Below, in pieces: positions 12,404 to 20,972 of a DNA stretch of 32,000 bases. The stretch comes from a virus: positions 1 through 32,000 of the IMG/VR virus record IMGVR_UViG_3300002461_001027; one strand, 5' to 3'. The position numbers and the translations under genes are program-made. The notes under the pieces were generated by a model. The model saw only the letters and a list, made by a program, of their open reading frames with translations. It was not told where the DNA came from and searched no databases. Numbering within the stretch: the stretch's first letter is position 1; the number at the start of each line of letters is the position of its first letter.

Positions 12404-12747
12404 CGCGGCAGCTCCTTCACCACGGCCGACAGCGACACCTTCGACGCTTCGAGGTCCCGCTCCTGTCGCGCAATCTGCGCCTCCAAGTGCTGCTTCAGCG
12501 TCGCCAGCGCCTCTTCGCGCGTGTTCGCCGCGACCCAGTTGCCCATGATGCCGCCGTGCCTCGGCAGCTCACTCGGGCGGATGCGCCGCAGTCCCATGGG
12601 CACGTTCCGCTCATCGTTGCTCTCGATGGCGGTGAGCAGGTTCTTCGTGCGCCGGTACTTCACGGTGCGGAACTCACACCCGCCAGACCTTCCGAAAGGC
12701 CACGACACCAGCTGCAGCTCCACCACCTCTTCGTTCGTAGAAGTCAT
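12400..12747 (-). CDS. hypothetical 115-aa protein
   Basis: Track ORF. ATG 12747 overlaps the TGA of a 12-codon mini-ORF that starts in palindrome copy 12776..12787. Confidence 0.8.
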   Translation of the reverse strand: MTSTNEEVVELQLVSWPFGRSGGCEFRTVKYRRTKNLLTAIESNDERNVPMGLRRIRPSELPRHGGIMGNWVAANTREEALATLKQHLEAQIARQERDLEASKVSLSAVVKELPR

Positions 12748-12775
12748 GGTAGACCTCTACCACGGTCGTGCCGGG

Positions 12776-12787
12776 AAGTCACGACTC
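12776..12787. repeat. palindrome copy AAGTCACGACTC (GTG centre, 11/12)
   Basis: Contains the TGA of 12779..13174. The GTG opens a 12-codon mini-ORF whose TGA overlaps ATG 12747 of the next gene. Confidence 0.85.
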
Positions 12788-13174
12788 GACGCGCACGCCT
12801 TCGATGGCTGCCTGCGCCGACTCGAAGACGACGTACTGCTTCTCGTAGCCGTTGAGCGCGATGCCGATGATGCTGTCGTGCCCCTGCTTCTTCAGGCGCG
12901 TCTGCACCGTCTTCGGTGAGCTGCGCGTCGTCAGGCGGATCCACTCGGTCTTCGTGACGGTGAAAGGGTTCACCAGCTGCGCACGCACGACGTACACGCA
13001 CGGCGCACCCGGGCCGCGCGCGACGTGCTTGGCGTAGAACCACGCCGTGGGCTCGAAGTCGGTGAGGTAGATGCCCGGGCCGAACTCGCCGCCGGTGCTG
13101 GGGCGAAGCTCGGTAAGGCCTGCGACGCGGCTGCCGTGGAACAGCAGCCCGCCGCTGAGAACTCCGCGCAGCAT
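12779..13174 (-). CDS. minimal ADP-ribosyltransferase-fold protein (PARP-like H-Y-E / ART-PolyVal-like)
   Basis: Track ORF 12779..13561 trimmed to ATG 13174, 5 nt after the TAG of 13180..14064. The 131-aa product has LLFHGSR, GPGIYLTD and EKQYVVFE, matching the H-G-[ST] / G-x-G-I-Y / E-x-x-Y-V-V arrangement of PARP-type ARTs. Confidence 0.6.
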   Translation of the reverse strand: MLRGVLSGGLLFHGSRVAGLTELRPSTGGEFGPGIYLTDFEPTAWFYAKHVARGPGAPCVYVVRAQLVNPFTVTKTEWIRLTTRSSPKTVQTRLKKQGHDSIIGIALNGYEKQYVVFESAQAAIEGVRVES

Positions 13175-13179
13175 CACGG

Positions 13180-14064
13180 CTACTTGAAGTTCTTCTGCCA
13201 GCCCGAGACGAGCGACATGAACTTCGAGACGTAGTCCTGCCGCGTCGTACCGGCCTCGGCAGGCAGCCCGAGCCCGAGCGCCTGCAGCACCGCCGGGTAG
13301 CTCACGTTGTACGCCGCGATGGCCGCCTCGTAGAGCCGCTGGCCTGACAGCGGCCGCACGTCCGGCACCGAGGTCGGCCACGGCGAGGTGCGCGGGAACT
13401 TCTGCGCCCACGGCAGGATGAAGTTCTGCGGCATGCCCTTCTGCACGCGCCACGAGTCCACCGGGACGGGCTTCGGGTTCACCGGCTTCGTCGCGAAGAG
13501 CTTCAGGTTCCACGCGAGAATCTCGGCGCCCTTGTCGATGTTCGTCTGCGCGTCCCACCACTTCGCGCCGCTCTTGAACCAGTCGTTGTGCGCGCCGAAG
13601 TCGACCTGCATCAGGCCGCGACCCCAGCCCTTGCCGTCGGGCGGGAGGCCGGTGTTCGGGTCGGCGAACTGGAAGTACTTGTTGCCCGCCATGCGCGGGA
13701 TGAAGTCGCCGGTGCCGCCCGGGTCGTTGCGCGGCACGTAGCCCGAGGCCTCACCGCCGCGCGACTCGTTGTACATGATGGCCGCGAGCGCCCACGGGTC
13801 CACGGCGTAGCGCTGCGCCGCCGAGAGGATCTGCGGCGCCCACTTCCGCACGTTCGCCGGGATGGACGCGGTGAAGGCCTGCGCCTTCGCGAAGTCGAAC
13901 GCCTTGCCGAAGAGGCTCATGGCCGCCTTCCTGTTGACGTAGAGGAACAGCGCCGACGCACCACCCAACCCGAAGAGGAGCTGCTGGGTGCGCGTCAAGC
14001 TCTTGAAGCGCTCGGTGGCAGCCGAAACTGCCGCCGAGGGAATGCGCAAAAGGGCGTGAGTCAT
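13180..14064 (-). CDS. lytic transglycosylase (SLT domain) with N-terminal membrane anchor
   Basis: Track ORF. ATG 14064 lies in exact palindrome 14058..14069. AAIMYNESRGG (catalytic Glu context) and RGLMQVD are SLT family-1 motifs. TM segment is LLFGLGGASALFLYV. Confidence 0.9.
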   Translation of the reverse strand: MTHALLRIPSAAVSAATERFKSLTRTQQLLFGLGGASALFLYVNRKAAMSLFGKAFDFAKAQAFTASIPANVRKWAPQILSAAQRYAVDPWALAAIMYNESRGGEASGYVPRNDPGGTGDFIPRMAGNKYFQFADPNTGLPPDGKGWGRGLMQVDFGAHNDWFKSGAKWWDAQTNIDKGAEILAWNLKLFATKPVNPKPVPVDSWRVQKGMPQNFILPWAQKFPRTSPWPTSVPDVRPLSGQRLYEAAIAAYNVSYPAVLQALGLGLPAEAGTTRQDYVSKFMSLVSGWQKNFK

Positions 14065-14069
14065 GACTC
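14058..14069. repeat. palindrome copy GAGTCATGACTC (exact)
   Basis: Central ATG is the start of SLT gene 13180..14064. Confidence 0.95.
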
Positions 14070-14084
14070 CTCCGGGTGCTGCGT

Positions 14085-15755
14085 TCAGCGACGCAGCATC
14101 GTGCGGTAGACGCCGAAGCCGAGCAGGCCGATGACGGCGACGCCGCCACCGACGACGAGCGGGTTCGAGAACAGGCTCGCGGGCTGCGCGAACGCGTTCG
14201 ACATCGACGGCCAGCTCGACGCCGAGTTGCCGGGCGCCTGCCAGCTCGACGTCTGCATGTTGCCGGACATCGACGTCACGATGTCCTTCGGCGGCATGGT
14301 GGCCGGGGGCGGCTGCTGCGCGGCGGGCTGCGAGCCCGGCGCGGGCGCCTTGGGCAGGTCCTTGAAGGCCTTGCCCGAGACGACGTCACCGCCGACCTGC
14401 GCGATGGCTCCGCCGATGTCGGTGATGCCACGGCAGAGCTTGCCCATCGCCGAGTACGGTTCGAGGATGTCGCAGCCGATGCCGGGGCTCAGGCACTTGT
14501 TGAGCATCTCTTCGTTGCCGCCGTACGTGTCGGTGCAGTGCTTGTCCCACTTCGTGGTGCGCTGGCGGCACACGTCCGGGTTTTCGAGGAACAGGCAGGG
14601 GTGCCCGGCGAGCGCGTTCAGCCCGGCGAGCCCGTTGATCTGCATCTGCACCTTGGGCAGCGCCTTGTTGTGACCGACGAACGCCGGGATGACCGCGTCC
14701 ACGTAGCCCTGCTGCGCGGCCTTCACGCCCGACGCGAGCACGCGGTCCGCCTTCGCCAGCACCGGCGTGGTGTCCATGTAGCCCATGCCGTGCACGGCCT
14801 TCGAGAGCCCCGCGACGGCGCCCCGCACGTTGCCGAACTCGATGTCCGCCATGAGGCGGCCCACGGGGTCGTTCCCGTAGTACGTCATCGCGCCCTCGTA
14901 GTCCTGCACCTGCGCCATCGGGTCGTCCGCGATGTCCGAGAGGACCGAGATGAGCGCGCGCTGCCGCTCTTCCTTCGTCCACCGGGCCGTGCGGATGTTG
15001 AAGCGGTTCGCCACGTCGGCGATGCGCTTCTCGCTGGGCGCGTCAGCGGGCACCACCGGCGCCTGCGCGACGACGGCCGACTCGGCGCGGAGCTTCTTCG
15101 CCTGCGCGCGCAGGTTCTCCGCCGAGGCGCGGAGCGCGTCCGTCCGGGGCGACTGCCCCGAGCGCGCCGCCTGCTGGGCGACGACCTCGTCCACGTACTT
15201 CGCCTGCGCCTCCAGCGTCTTCGCCACGGAGTCGAGCGCCGAGGTGAGCCGCGTCTTCTCGGCGCGGTTCGCCTTCACGATGGCGTTCCGGGCGTTCTGG
15301 AGCGCGTCCACCGCCTTCGCGGCGGCGGCCCGCTTGTCGTTCTGCGCGAGCAGCGCGCGCGCCTGCTTCTCGTCGGCCTTCGCCACGAGCGCGGTCTGCG
15401 CCGCCGACTTCAGCTCCTGCTCGACCGCACGCACCACGCTGGTGCCCGGCTGCGCCGTCTTCCGCAGCGACGTCATGAGCTGCAGCGCCGCCTGCGGGTT
15501 CGACCGCGCCAGCTCCTCGCGACCCTGCGCGACGACGGCCTTCTTCTTCCGCATCTCGACCGCGTTGCCGATGATGGCGTCCATCACCGACGTCTGCGAC
15601 GCGAGCGAGCCGAGACCTCCGAGGGTCACGGCGATGTCCTCCGGCGTCGCGGCCTGCCACGCGAGACCGGCGAGCATCTCGGAGTAGGTGTACTGCCCGA
15701 GGCCCTGCAGCGAAGGGGCGATGGCGTTGGAGTTGACGACGTTCGACATCTTCAT
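14085..15755 (-). CDS. 556-aa coiled-coil protein with 4-Cys module and C-terminal TM anchor
   Basis: Track ORF. GGAGA lies upstream, and the start forms an ATGA overlap with the upstream stop. A long Ala/Gln/Lys/Arg helical region is followed by WDKHC..LNKCLSPGIGCD..CRGITD, and the protein ends VVGGGVAVIGLLGFGVYRTMLRR. Confidence 0.85.
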   Translation of the reverse strand: MKMSNVVNSNAIAPSLQGLGQYTYSEMLAGLAWQAATPEDIAVTLGGLGSLASQTSVMDAIIGNAVEMRKKKAVVAQGREELARSNPQAALQLMTSLRKTAQPGTSVVRAVEQELKSAAQTALVAKADEKQARALLAQNDKRAAAAKAVDALQNARNAIVKANRAEKTRLTSALDSVAKTLEAQAKYVDEVVAQQAARSGQSPRTDALRASAENLRAQAKKLRAESAVVAQAPVVPADAPSEKRIADVANRFNIRTARWTKEERQRALISVLSDIADDPMAQVQDYEGAMTYYGNDPVGRLMADIEFGNVRGAVAGLSKAVHGMGYMDTTPVLAKADRVLASGVKAAQQGYVDAVIPAFVGHNKALPKVQMQINGLAGLNALAGHPCLFLENPDVCRQRTTKWDKHCTDTYGGNEEMLNKCLSPGIGCDILEPYSAMGKLCRGITDIGGAIAQVGGDVVSGKAFKDLPKAPAPGSQPAAQQPPPATMPPKDIVTSMSGNMQTSSWQAPGNSASSWPSMSNAFAQPASLFSNPLVVGGGVAVIGLLGFGVYRTMLRR

Positions 15756-16696
15756 GTGCGGTCTCCCATGAACTTCTTCTTGATGACGTAGCCGAGCCCG
15801 AGCGCGGCGAGGATGCCACCACCGTACTTGACCACGTCGCTGAAAGTCGAGCTGGCGGCGCTGGCGGAGCTTCCCGCAGCCTTCGCCTCGGTCTTCGCTC
15901 CCGGCGCGACGCCGGTCACGATGTCGACCTCCTTCTGCGTCGGCGAGTCGGGCGTGAGCACGATGGTCGGATCCGACGCCGACGGCGGCACCGAGTAGCC
16001 GCTGTCCACGTAGCCGCCACCGCCGCCGCTCGACGTGCCCGTCGAGCCGCCACCCGACGAGCTGCCCGAGTCATGACTCGCCTGCGGCTGGATGACCGGA
16101 GCCGGAGGCGCGGGCGGCGCCGCGTCGGCGGTCGACTCGCTCACCGTGGTCGTGCCGTTGGCCGTCGAGGTCGAGTTCGCCGCACGCTCCTGCTCGGCGA
16201 CCCAGCGCGCGTAGTCGTCGCTCGCCGCGCCAGCACCGCCGCTGGTGTTGATGAGGCCGTACGGGTCGGCCGCCGCACGTGCCGCGATGGTCCGCTGCGT
16301 CATCAGGCGCGACGAGATGGCCACCGGCACGGTCCGCGCCATGGTGACCGGCTTCGCGGCGCCGGTTGCCCCCTGCACGAGACCAGCACGCGCCGCGAGC
16401 ATGCGCTGCTCGGTCGGGCTGCTCGCCTTGGGCAGCGTCGCCGCCGTCGTCGGAGCGAGCGTGGCGGGCGCCGTCGAACCCGAGGCAGGCGCAGCGGCTG
16501 CCGCTTGGTCGTTCGCCGTGGTCGCCATCTCGGGGAAGGGTTGATCCGGCGTCCACTCGCCGCTCGACGCCGTCGAGGTCTTCGCCCCGGGAGCAGGCGG
16601 CGCCTGCCCGATGCGGCCCATGCGCCCGAGGCGACCCATGCGGCCGACAGGCGCGAGACCGATGTTGTTGAGTCCGCCGAGTTCCTTGAGCTTCAT
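15752..16696 (-). CDS. low-complexity Ala/Thr/Ser/Gly-rich protein with C-terminal TM anchor
   Basis: Track ORF 15752..16759 trimmed to ATG 16696 (GAGGTAA upstream). Starts MKLKELGGLNNIG, followed by a GRMGRLGRMGRIG repeat. C-terminus is GGGILAALGLGYVIKKK. Confidence 0.8.
   Translation of the reverse strand: MKLKELGGLNNIGLAPVGRMGRLGRMGRIGQAPPAPGAKTSTASSGEWTPDQPFPEMATTANDQAAAAAPASGSTAPATLAPTTAATLPKASSPTEQRMLAARAGLVQGATGAAKPVTMARTVPVAISSRLMTQRTIAARAAADPYGLINTSGGAGAASDDYARWVAEQERAANSTSTANGTTTVSESTADAAPPAPPAPVIQPQASHDSGSSSGGGSTGTSSGGGGGYVDSGYSVPPSASDPTIVLTPDSPTQKEVDIVTGVAPGAKTEAKAAGSSASAASSTFSDVVKYGGGILAALGLGYVIKKKFMGDRT
16068..16079. repeat. palindrome copy GAGTCATGACTC (exact; 14 bp)
   Basis: Inside CDS 15752..16696, read as Ser-His-Asp-Ser. 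The ATG is out of frame. Confidence 0.95.
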
Positions 16697-16700
16697 GTCG

Positions 16701-17795
16701 TTACCTCGAAGGGAAGGCGCTGCGAATGGAACCGATGACCTGCAGCGCGACGAGCGCACCGAGGCCGATGGCGCCGTACTTGGCGACGGCTGTCCAGTCG
16801 GTCGCCTTCGACGTCGCGCCCTCGATGGCCGCGATGCAGGCCGCGTCGCTCAGCGTGCCCTTCTGGCACGCCGCGATGGCCGCGTTGCGCGAGTTCGTCT
16901 CGACGACCTTGGCGACCTGACTGGCCATGTACGCGAAGATGCCCGCCGCGAGGATGCCCGCGCCGACAGCCCCGATGAGCGCCACCGGAGCGCCGAGGCC
17001 CGCGAGCCCGCTGTCCTTCATGTAGCCCTGCTGGATGAGCTGCTGCGCGGCGTCACCGACGGTCTTCTCCTGCAGGAACTTCGCGACCATGGTGAAGACA
17101 CCGCCATCGCCACCGGAGCGCACGTACTTGTAGTCCGGCAGCGTCACCTTGCCGATGAGGCGCTCGCGCACCACCGGCAGGAGGAACGCGTAGAACTTGG
17201 CCGTGTTCGTCTGGCCCCACGACTTCTGCTGCTCGGTGCGCAGCTGCGACAGCTGCGAGTTCGCGGGGTCCAGCTTCGCGAGCGACTCGATGTAGTGGTA
17301 CGCCTTCGCGTTCGACCGCTCGTCCGCGAGAATCTTGTTGACGAAGTCCTGCAGCACGTCGCCGGGCACGATGCCGTTCGCGATGTCGTTCGCCAGCTTC
17401 TGCACCGGGCCCAGCTGGATCGCCGCGAGCCCGCGCAGTGCGTTGCCCATGCGCTGGTCGGTCTTCGAGCAGTTGCATCCGAGCCCGGCGAGCGACGCGA
17501 TCTCCCCCCGAGAGAACGCGGCGCTCTTCGGGTTGAGCGTGCCCACGGTCACGATGGTGCCCTGCGGCACCTTGCCCTCCCAGCCCTTGTTCGTGAGCTG
17601 GGGCGCGGCCACCTTCGGCAGCGCGAGCGGCACCACCTTGCGGCGGCTCTGGCCGTAGCCCGCCGACGGGTACCCGACGCCCTCGTAGGCGGGGTTCCCG
17701 TAGGGCTCCAGCTGGCTCTTCGGCCACGGCTCGAACAGCGTGCTCTGCGAGGGCACGGCGGCCGACCGGGGGATGCAGTTGCGCTTGTTCGCCAT
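16701..17795 (-). CDS. 364-aa protein with two C-terminal TM helices, unknown function
   Basis: Track ORF. AAGGAGA lies 9 nt upstream of ATG 17795. C-terminal hydrophobic segments are APVALIGAVGAGILAAGIFAY and YGAIGLGALVALQVIGSI. Confidence 0.85.
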   Translation of the reverse strand: MANKRNCIPRSAAVPSQSTLFEPWPKSQLEPYGNPAYEGVGYPSAGYGQSRRKVVPLALPKVAAPQLTNKGWEGKVPQGTIVTVGTLNPKSAAFSRGEIASLAGLGCNCSKTDQRMGNALRGLAAIQLGPVQKLANDIANGIVPGDVLQDFVNKILADERSNAKAYHYIESLAKLDPANSQLSQLRTEQQKSWGQTNTAKFYAFLLPVVRERLIGKVTLPDYKYVRSGGDGGVFTMVAKFLQEKTVGDAAQQLIQQGYMKDSGLAGLGAPVALIGAVGAGILAAGIFAYMASQVAKVVETNSRNAAIAACQKGTLSDAACIAAIEGATSKATDWTAVAKYGAIGLGALVALQVIGSIRSAFPSR

Positions 17796-17808
17796 GGTCG
17801 AGGTCTCC

Positions 17809-18507
17809 TTACTTCGAGCTGCGCTTCGTCTTCCGGCGCGACTTGCGGCGCTTCTTGCCGACGCCGTTGAGCTTCACCGTCGACGCCGGGCTCGCCAGCT
17901 TCGTGGGACGGCCCTGCGTTGCCACGTAGACGCCGTACAGCAGGGCGCTGCCGAGGAGGAGCCCACCACCCACGACGACCATCATCGGGTCGACGCGGAG
18001 GATGTTCGCCACCGGCCGCACGAGGTTGTGCAGCCGGTCCATGACGCTCAGCCCGGGAGTCATGACTTCGTTGGGGATGACCAGCTGGTCACCCGGCTTC
18101 GGCTGCCCGGTCGACACGATGAGACCCGGCACCGCGTTCGACGCGGGCATCGAGCGCGCCACGGCGATCTGCTTCAGGTCGTTCGGGGTCGCGTCGATGA
18201 TGCCGGACTGGTTCATCGACGTGATGCGCGCGTCGAGGGCGTTGTCGTAGATGCCCGTCTGGGCCATCCCGAGCTTCGCCTGCACCGCGCGCACCGCTGC
18301 CTCGGTGCCGGAGCCGAAGATGCCGTCCGGCGTCAGCTTGTAGCCGAAGCTGTTGAGCAGGGCCTGCATGCGGCGCACGCTCTCGCCCTGCGTGCCCTTC
18401 GACAGGGGTCCGCCGCCGGTGGCGAACACCCCGTTCGAGGTCGTCTGGCCGAGGCCAGAGAGCGCCCGGGGAAGCTCGCCGTCACTGATGTCGCTGATCA
18501 TCACCAT
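17809..18507 (-). CDS. peptidoglycan-binding (PG_binding_1-like) protein with TM anchor and poly-basic C-tail
   Basis: Track ORF. GESVRRMQALLNSFGYKLTPDGIFGSGTEAAVRAVQAKLGM matches the PG_binding_1 pattern. This is followed by MMVVVGGGLLLGSALLYGVYV and a GKKRRKSRRKTKRSSK tail. Confidence 0.85.
   Translation of the reverse strand: MVMISDISDGELPRALSGLGQTTSNGVFATGGGPLSKGTQGESVRRMQALLNSFGYKLTPDGIFGSGTEAAVRAVQAKLGMAQTGIYDNALDARITSMNQSGIIDATPNDLKQIAVARSMPASNAVPGLIVSTGQPKPGDQLVIPNEVMTPGLSVMDRLHNLVRPVANILRVDPMMVVVGGGLLLGSALLYGVYVATQGRPTKLASPASTVKLNGVGKKRRKSRRKTKRSSK
18057..18068. repeat. palindrome copy GAGTCATGACTT (11/12)
   Basis: Inside CDS 17809..18507. ATG 18063 is in frame at codon 149, just before the TM anchor. 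Confidence 0.9.
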
Positions 18508-18543
18508 GGGTTCTTGTCCTCGAAGTTCTGAGTGCGGAAAGGG

Positions 18544-19326
18544 TCACTTCTTCTTGCGGCGCGACGCGCGGCGCTTCTTCTTCTTCGCCGGGCGCCGCTC
18601 GTGGAGCCCCGCGATGGCCATCGAGGGCGACGCCGCGCCCATGATGACGTTGTAGCCGATGAGGGCCACGCCGAGCGCCGCGACGCCGCCACCGATGGCG
18701 ATGACCATCGGCGGCACGTTCAGCCGCTGCGCGAGCCGCTGGAGCAGCGTCATCGGCTGGCCGGGCATGTACCCACCGCCCGACGGCATGTCGCCGCCCG
18801 GGACGCCGGTGCCGTCCTCCGAGACCGTGGGCATCGTCTGCGACTGCGGCGCCACGGGCACCATGGCCGAGCCCGCCGCCGTGCCCGCCTGCAGGCGCAG
18901 CCGCGCGTTCTCCTCGGCCGTCGCCGCCCGGACGAAGGCGCCGCCCGCGCGCTGGATGGAGGCGATGTCCTCGGGCGTCGCGTTCGCGACGACGCGGAAC
19001 TGCGAGTTGTAGACGCTGGAGAGGCCCTGCGTCCACACGCCCGGGGGGCCGACGGACGCCGCCGGGGCGCCCGACTGCACGAACTTCTGCTGCACGAGCT
19101 TCACCGCCGCCTCGGTCTGCGGCCCGAAGATGCCGTCGGGCTGCACCGGGAGGCCGATGTCCGCGAGCAGCTGCTGAACGGCGCGCGCCGCGCTCGTCTT
19201 GTCGCCTCTCTTGGCGATGACGGTCTGCTCGAACGGCGTCGCGCAGTCGATGCAGCCGGTCGGGATGCCGTAGTCGAGCGTCGACTCCTTCGCGGCGCCG
19301 AGGCCCTGCATGTTGGAGAGCTTCAT
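18544..19326 (-). CDS. peptidoglycan-binding (PG_binding_1-like) protein with TM anchor and poly-basic C-tail (paralogue of 17809..18507)
   Basis: Track ORF. SAARAVQQLLADIGLPVQPDGIFGPQTEAAVKLVQQKF is followed by MVIAIGGGVAALGVALIGYNVI and an RRPAKKKKRRASRRKKK tail. Confidence 0.85.
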   Translation of the reverse strand: MKLSNMQGLGAAKESTLDYGIPTGCIDCATPFEQTVIAKRGDKTSAARAVQQLLADIGLPVQPDGIFGPQTEAAVKLVQQKFVQSGAPAASVGPPGVWTQGLSSVYNSQFRVVANATPEDIASIQRAGGAFVRAATAEENARLRLQAGTAAGSAMVPVAPQSQTMPTVSEDGTGVPGGDMPSGGGYMPGQPMTLLQRLAQRLNVPPMVIAIGGGVAALGVALIGYNVIMGAASPSMAIAGLHERRPAKKKKRRASRRKKK

Positions 19327-19328
19327 GT

Positions 19329-19967
19329 TCAGCGCACCTCGCGGCTGACGTAGACGCCCGAGAGCGACACGCCGTAGATGGTGGACACGGACGAGTAGAC
19401 GTTGGCCGTGTTCTGCAGGTTGAACTGCGCCTGCAGCGTCATGTTGTGCGGGATGATGAAGCCCGGCACCGCGTCCGGCTGGAACCGCATCGACTCACCG
19501 CCAACCATCGGCGAGATGTCGGCGAGCGAGATGCCCTCGTTCTCGGTGATGGGCACCTTCGAGTCCTTGTTGAGGAGCGTCAGGCGGCAGTTCTGCGCCT
19601 TCGCGAGGAGGATGTCCGCGACCGAGGTGTTGCCCGCGAGCGAGCCGCCGAGCTGCGCGACCGCCGCCTGCGACGTGAGGTCAGGCAGCGAGACGAAGCC
19701 CCGGATGCTGTGCACGAGGAAGTCTTCGTTCTGCGCGACGCGGAAGTCGGCCGAGCCCGCCGCCGCCGTCTGGTCGGACGAGAGGGTGATGACGCTGGGC
19801 CGGTACCGCAGGCCGCGCTGCTCGTCGAACGCGCGCATGTAGCGCTTGGCCTCGAAGTAGAAGGCCGCGATGCCACCGCCCGCCGACTGGCGGAGGTGCG
19901 CGTTCATCTCGTCGAGCTTGCCGAAGAACTGCTGGATGACGGGGAGGGCTTCCTTGAGGCTGGCCAT
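19329..19967 (-). CDS. beta-rich 212-aa protein, candidate major virion structural protein
   Basis: Track ORF. AGGAGA lies 9 nt upstream of ATG 19967. No TM segment. Alternating beta-like pattern. Confidence 0.85.
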   Translation of the reverse strand: MASLKEALPVIQQFFGKLDEMNAHLRQSAGGGIAAFYFEAKRYMRAFDEQRGLRYRPSVITLSSDQTAAAGSADFRVAQNEDFLVHSIRGFVSLPDLTSQAAVAQLGGSLAGNTSVADILLAKAQNCRLTLLNKDSKVPITENEGISLADISPMVGGESMRFQPDAVPGFIIPHNMTLQAQFNLQNTANVYSSVSTIYGVSLSGVYVSREVR

Positions 19968-20091
19968 GTGCTGTGTCTCCTGATGGAGGCCGCCTTCTTC
20001 TGTCGGGCGGCGCCGCGTGGGCGTTTGTGTTGGTCGTGCGAGATTGCCGACTTCGTTCAGCCTCTCAGACGCCTACAGACAGCGCAAGAGG

Positions 20092-20103
20092 GAGTCATGA
20101 CTC
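20092..20103. repeat. palindrome copy GAGTCATGACTC (exact; 16 bp as GGGAGTCATGACTCCC)
   Basis: Intergenic between the HNH gene and 19329..19967. Opens a 13-codon mini-ORF. Confidence 0.95.
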
Positions 20104-20109
20104 CCGAAG

Positions 20110-20871
20110 CTACTTCCGCAGGTACGCGGCCAGTTTCTCGACAGTCTCCGGGTCGTCCTTCAACAGGCCAGCGGCGACGTTGCAGTTGCGGCAGAGCAAG
20201 CCGCGCACGGCTCCGGTCATGTGGTTGTGGTCGACACGCGGCGTGTTCGTCTCGGTGAACTCGCTCGTGCAGACAGCGCAGTGGTTGCTCTGCTCCTCGA
20301 CGAGTCGAGCGCGACACTTCCGGCCTTGGTCTCGGTCCCAGCGATGGTGGGTCTCGCAGAAGGGGCAGATGGCGGGCTTGAAGTTCTCGTCCCACTTGTA
20401 CGCGGTGTAGCTGTCGATGGAGAAGCGCGTGCGGAAACAGCCCCACGTGCCGCCTCCACCTTTGTACGGGCGCCACACCAGCTTGATGGGCCCGCAGAGG
20501 CTGCAGACACCTGTCTTAGCGTCTTCGTTGACGTCGCTGATCTGGTGCGTCGTAGGCGCGCCACCAATGCCGCGTTCAGCTGGGCGGCGGCCACAGGCCC
20601 AATTCTGCCCCTGCCGCGCCCGAGTCCCCTTTGCCTCGTAGATGCGCACCGGGCCGCAACGCGCGCACGTCGCTGTTCGCTTGGCCTCATCCACGCCGCT
20701 CAGCGTGTGCTGCAGAGCTGCACCCCTGTTGTCCCGAACCTTCACGACACGCGCAGTGCAGCGCCACTGGCCGTCGCGGAGGAACAGACGAACGCGCCCG
20801 GCGCATGCCGAGCAATTACCAGTCTTCGCCTGCGGATCTACTTCCGACACCACGTGCAGCGTGCGAGTCAC
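20110..20871 (-). CDS. HNH / endonuclease VII-type nuclease with three N-terminal zinc-ribbon repeats
   Basis: Track ORF. GTG 20871 lies in palindrome copy 20865..20876. The C-terminal CAVCTSEF..VDHNHMTGAVRGLLCRNCNVAAG matches the Endonuclease_7 signature (DHxH..G..RG.LC..CN). The N-terminus repeats H-x-[VI]-S-x-V-[DN]-x-x-A-K-T-x-x-C-x-x-C three times. Confidence 0.9.
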   Translation of the reverse strand: MTRTLHVVSEVDPQAKTGNCSACAGRVRLFLRDGQWRCTARVVKVRDNRGAALQHTLSGVDEAKRTATCARCGPVRIYEAKGTRARQGQNWACGRRPAERGIGGAPTTHQISDVNEDAKTGVCSLCGPIKLVWRPYKGGGGTWGCFRTRFSIDSYTAYKWDENFKPAICPFCETHHRWDRDQGRKCRARLVEEQSNHCAVCTSEFTETNTPRVDHNHMTGAVRGLLCRNCNVAAGLLKDDPETVEKLAAYLRK

Positions 20872-20876
20872 GACTC
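20865..20876. repeat. palindrome copy GAGTCACGACTC (GTG centre)
   Basis: Central GTG is the start of HNH gene 20110..20871. Confidence 0.9.
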
Positions 20877-20880
20877 ACCC

Positions 20881-20918
20881 CAGAAAGACAACTGCCCAGC
20901 GCGAAATGCGCCGGGCAG
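20881..20918 (-). terminator. intrinsic terminator after 20973..21620
   Basis: Ten paired bases with one mismatch (CTGCCCGGCGC / GCGCTGGGCAG), 5-nt loop, then TTGTCTTTCTG on the minus strand. A separate perfect 9-bp hairpin, GTTGCGAAG-AAC-CTTCGCAAC at 20932..20952, precedes it. Confidence 0.65.
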
Positions 20919-20972
20919 CTGACTTCTAGCTGTTGCGAAGAACCTTCGCAACAACTCTCCTGCACGAGAAGC

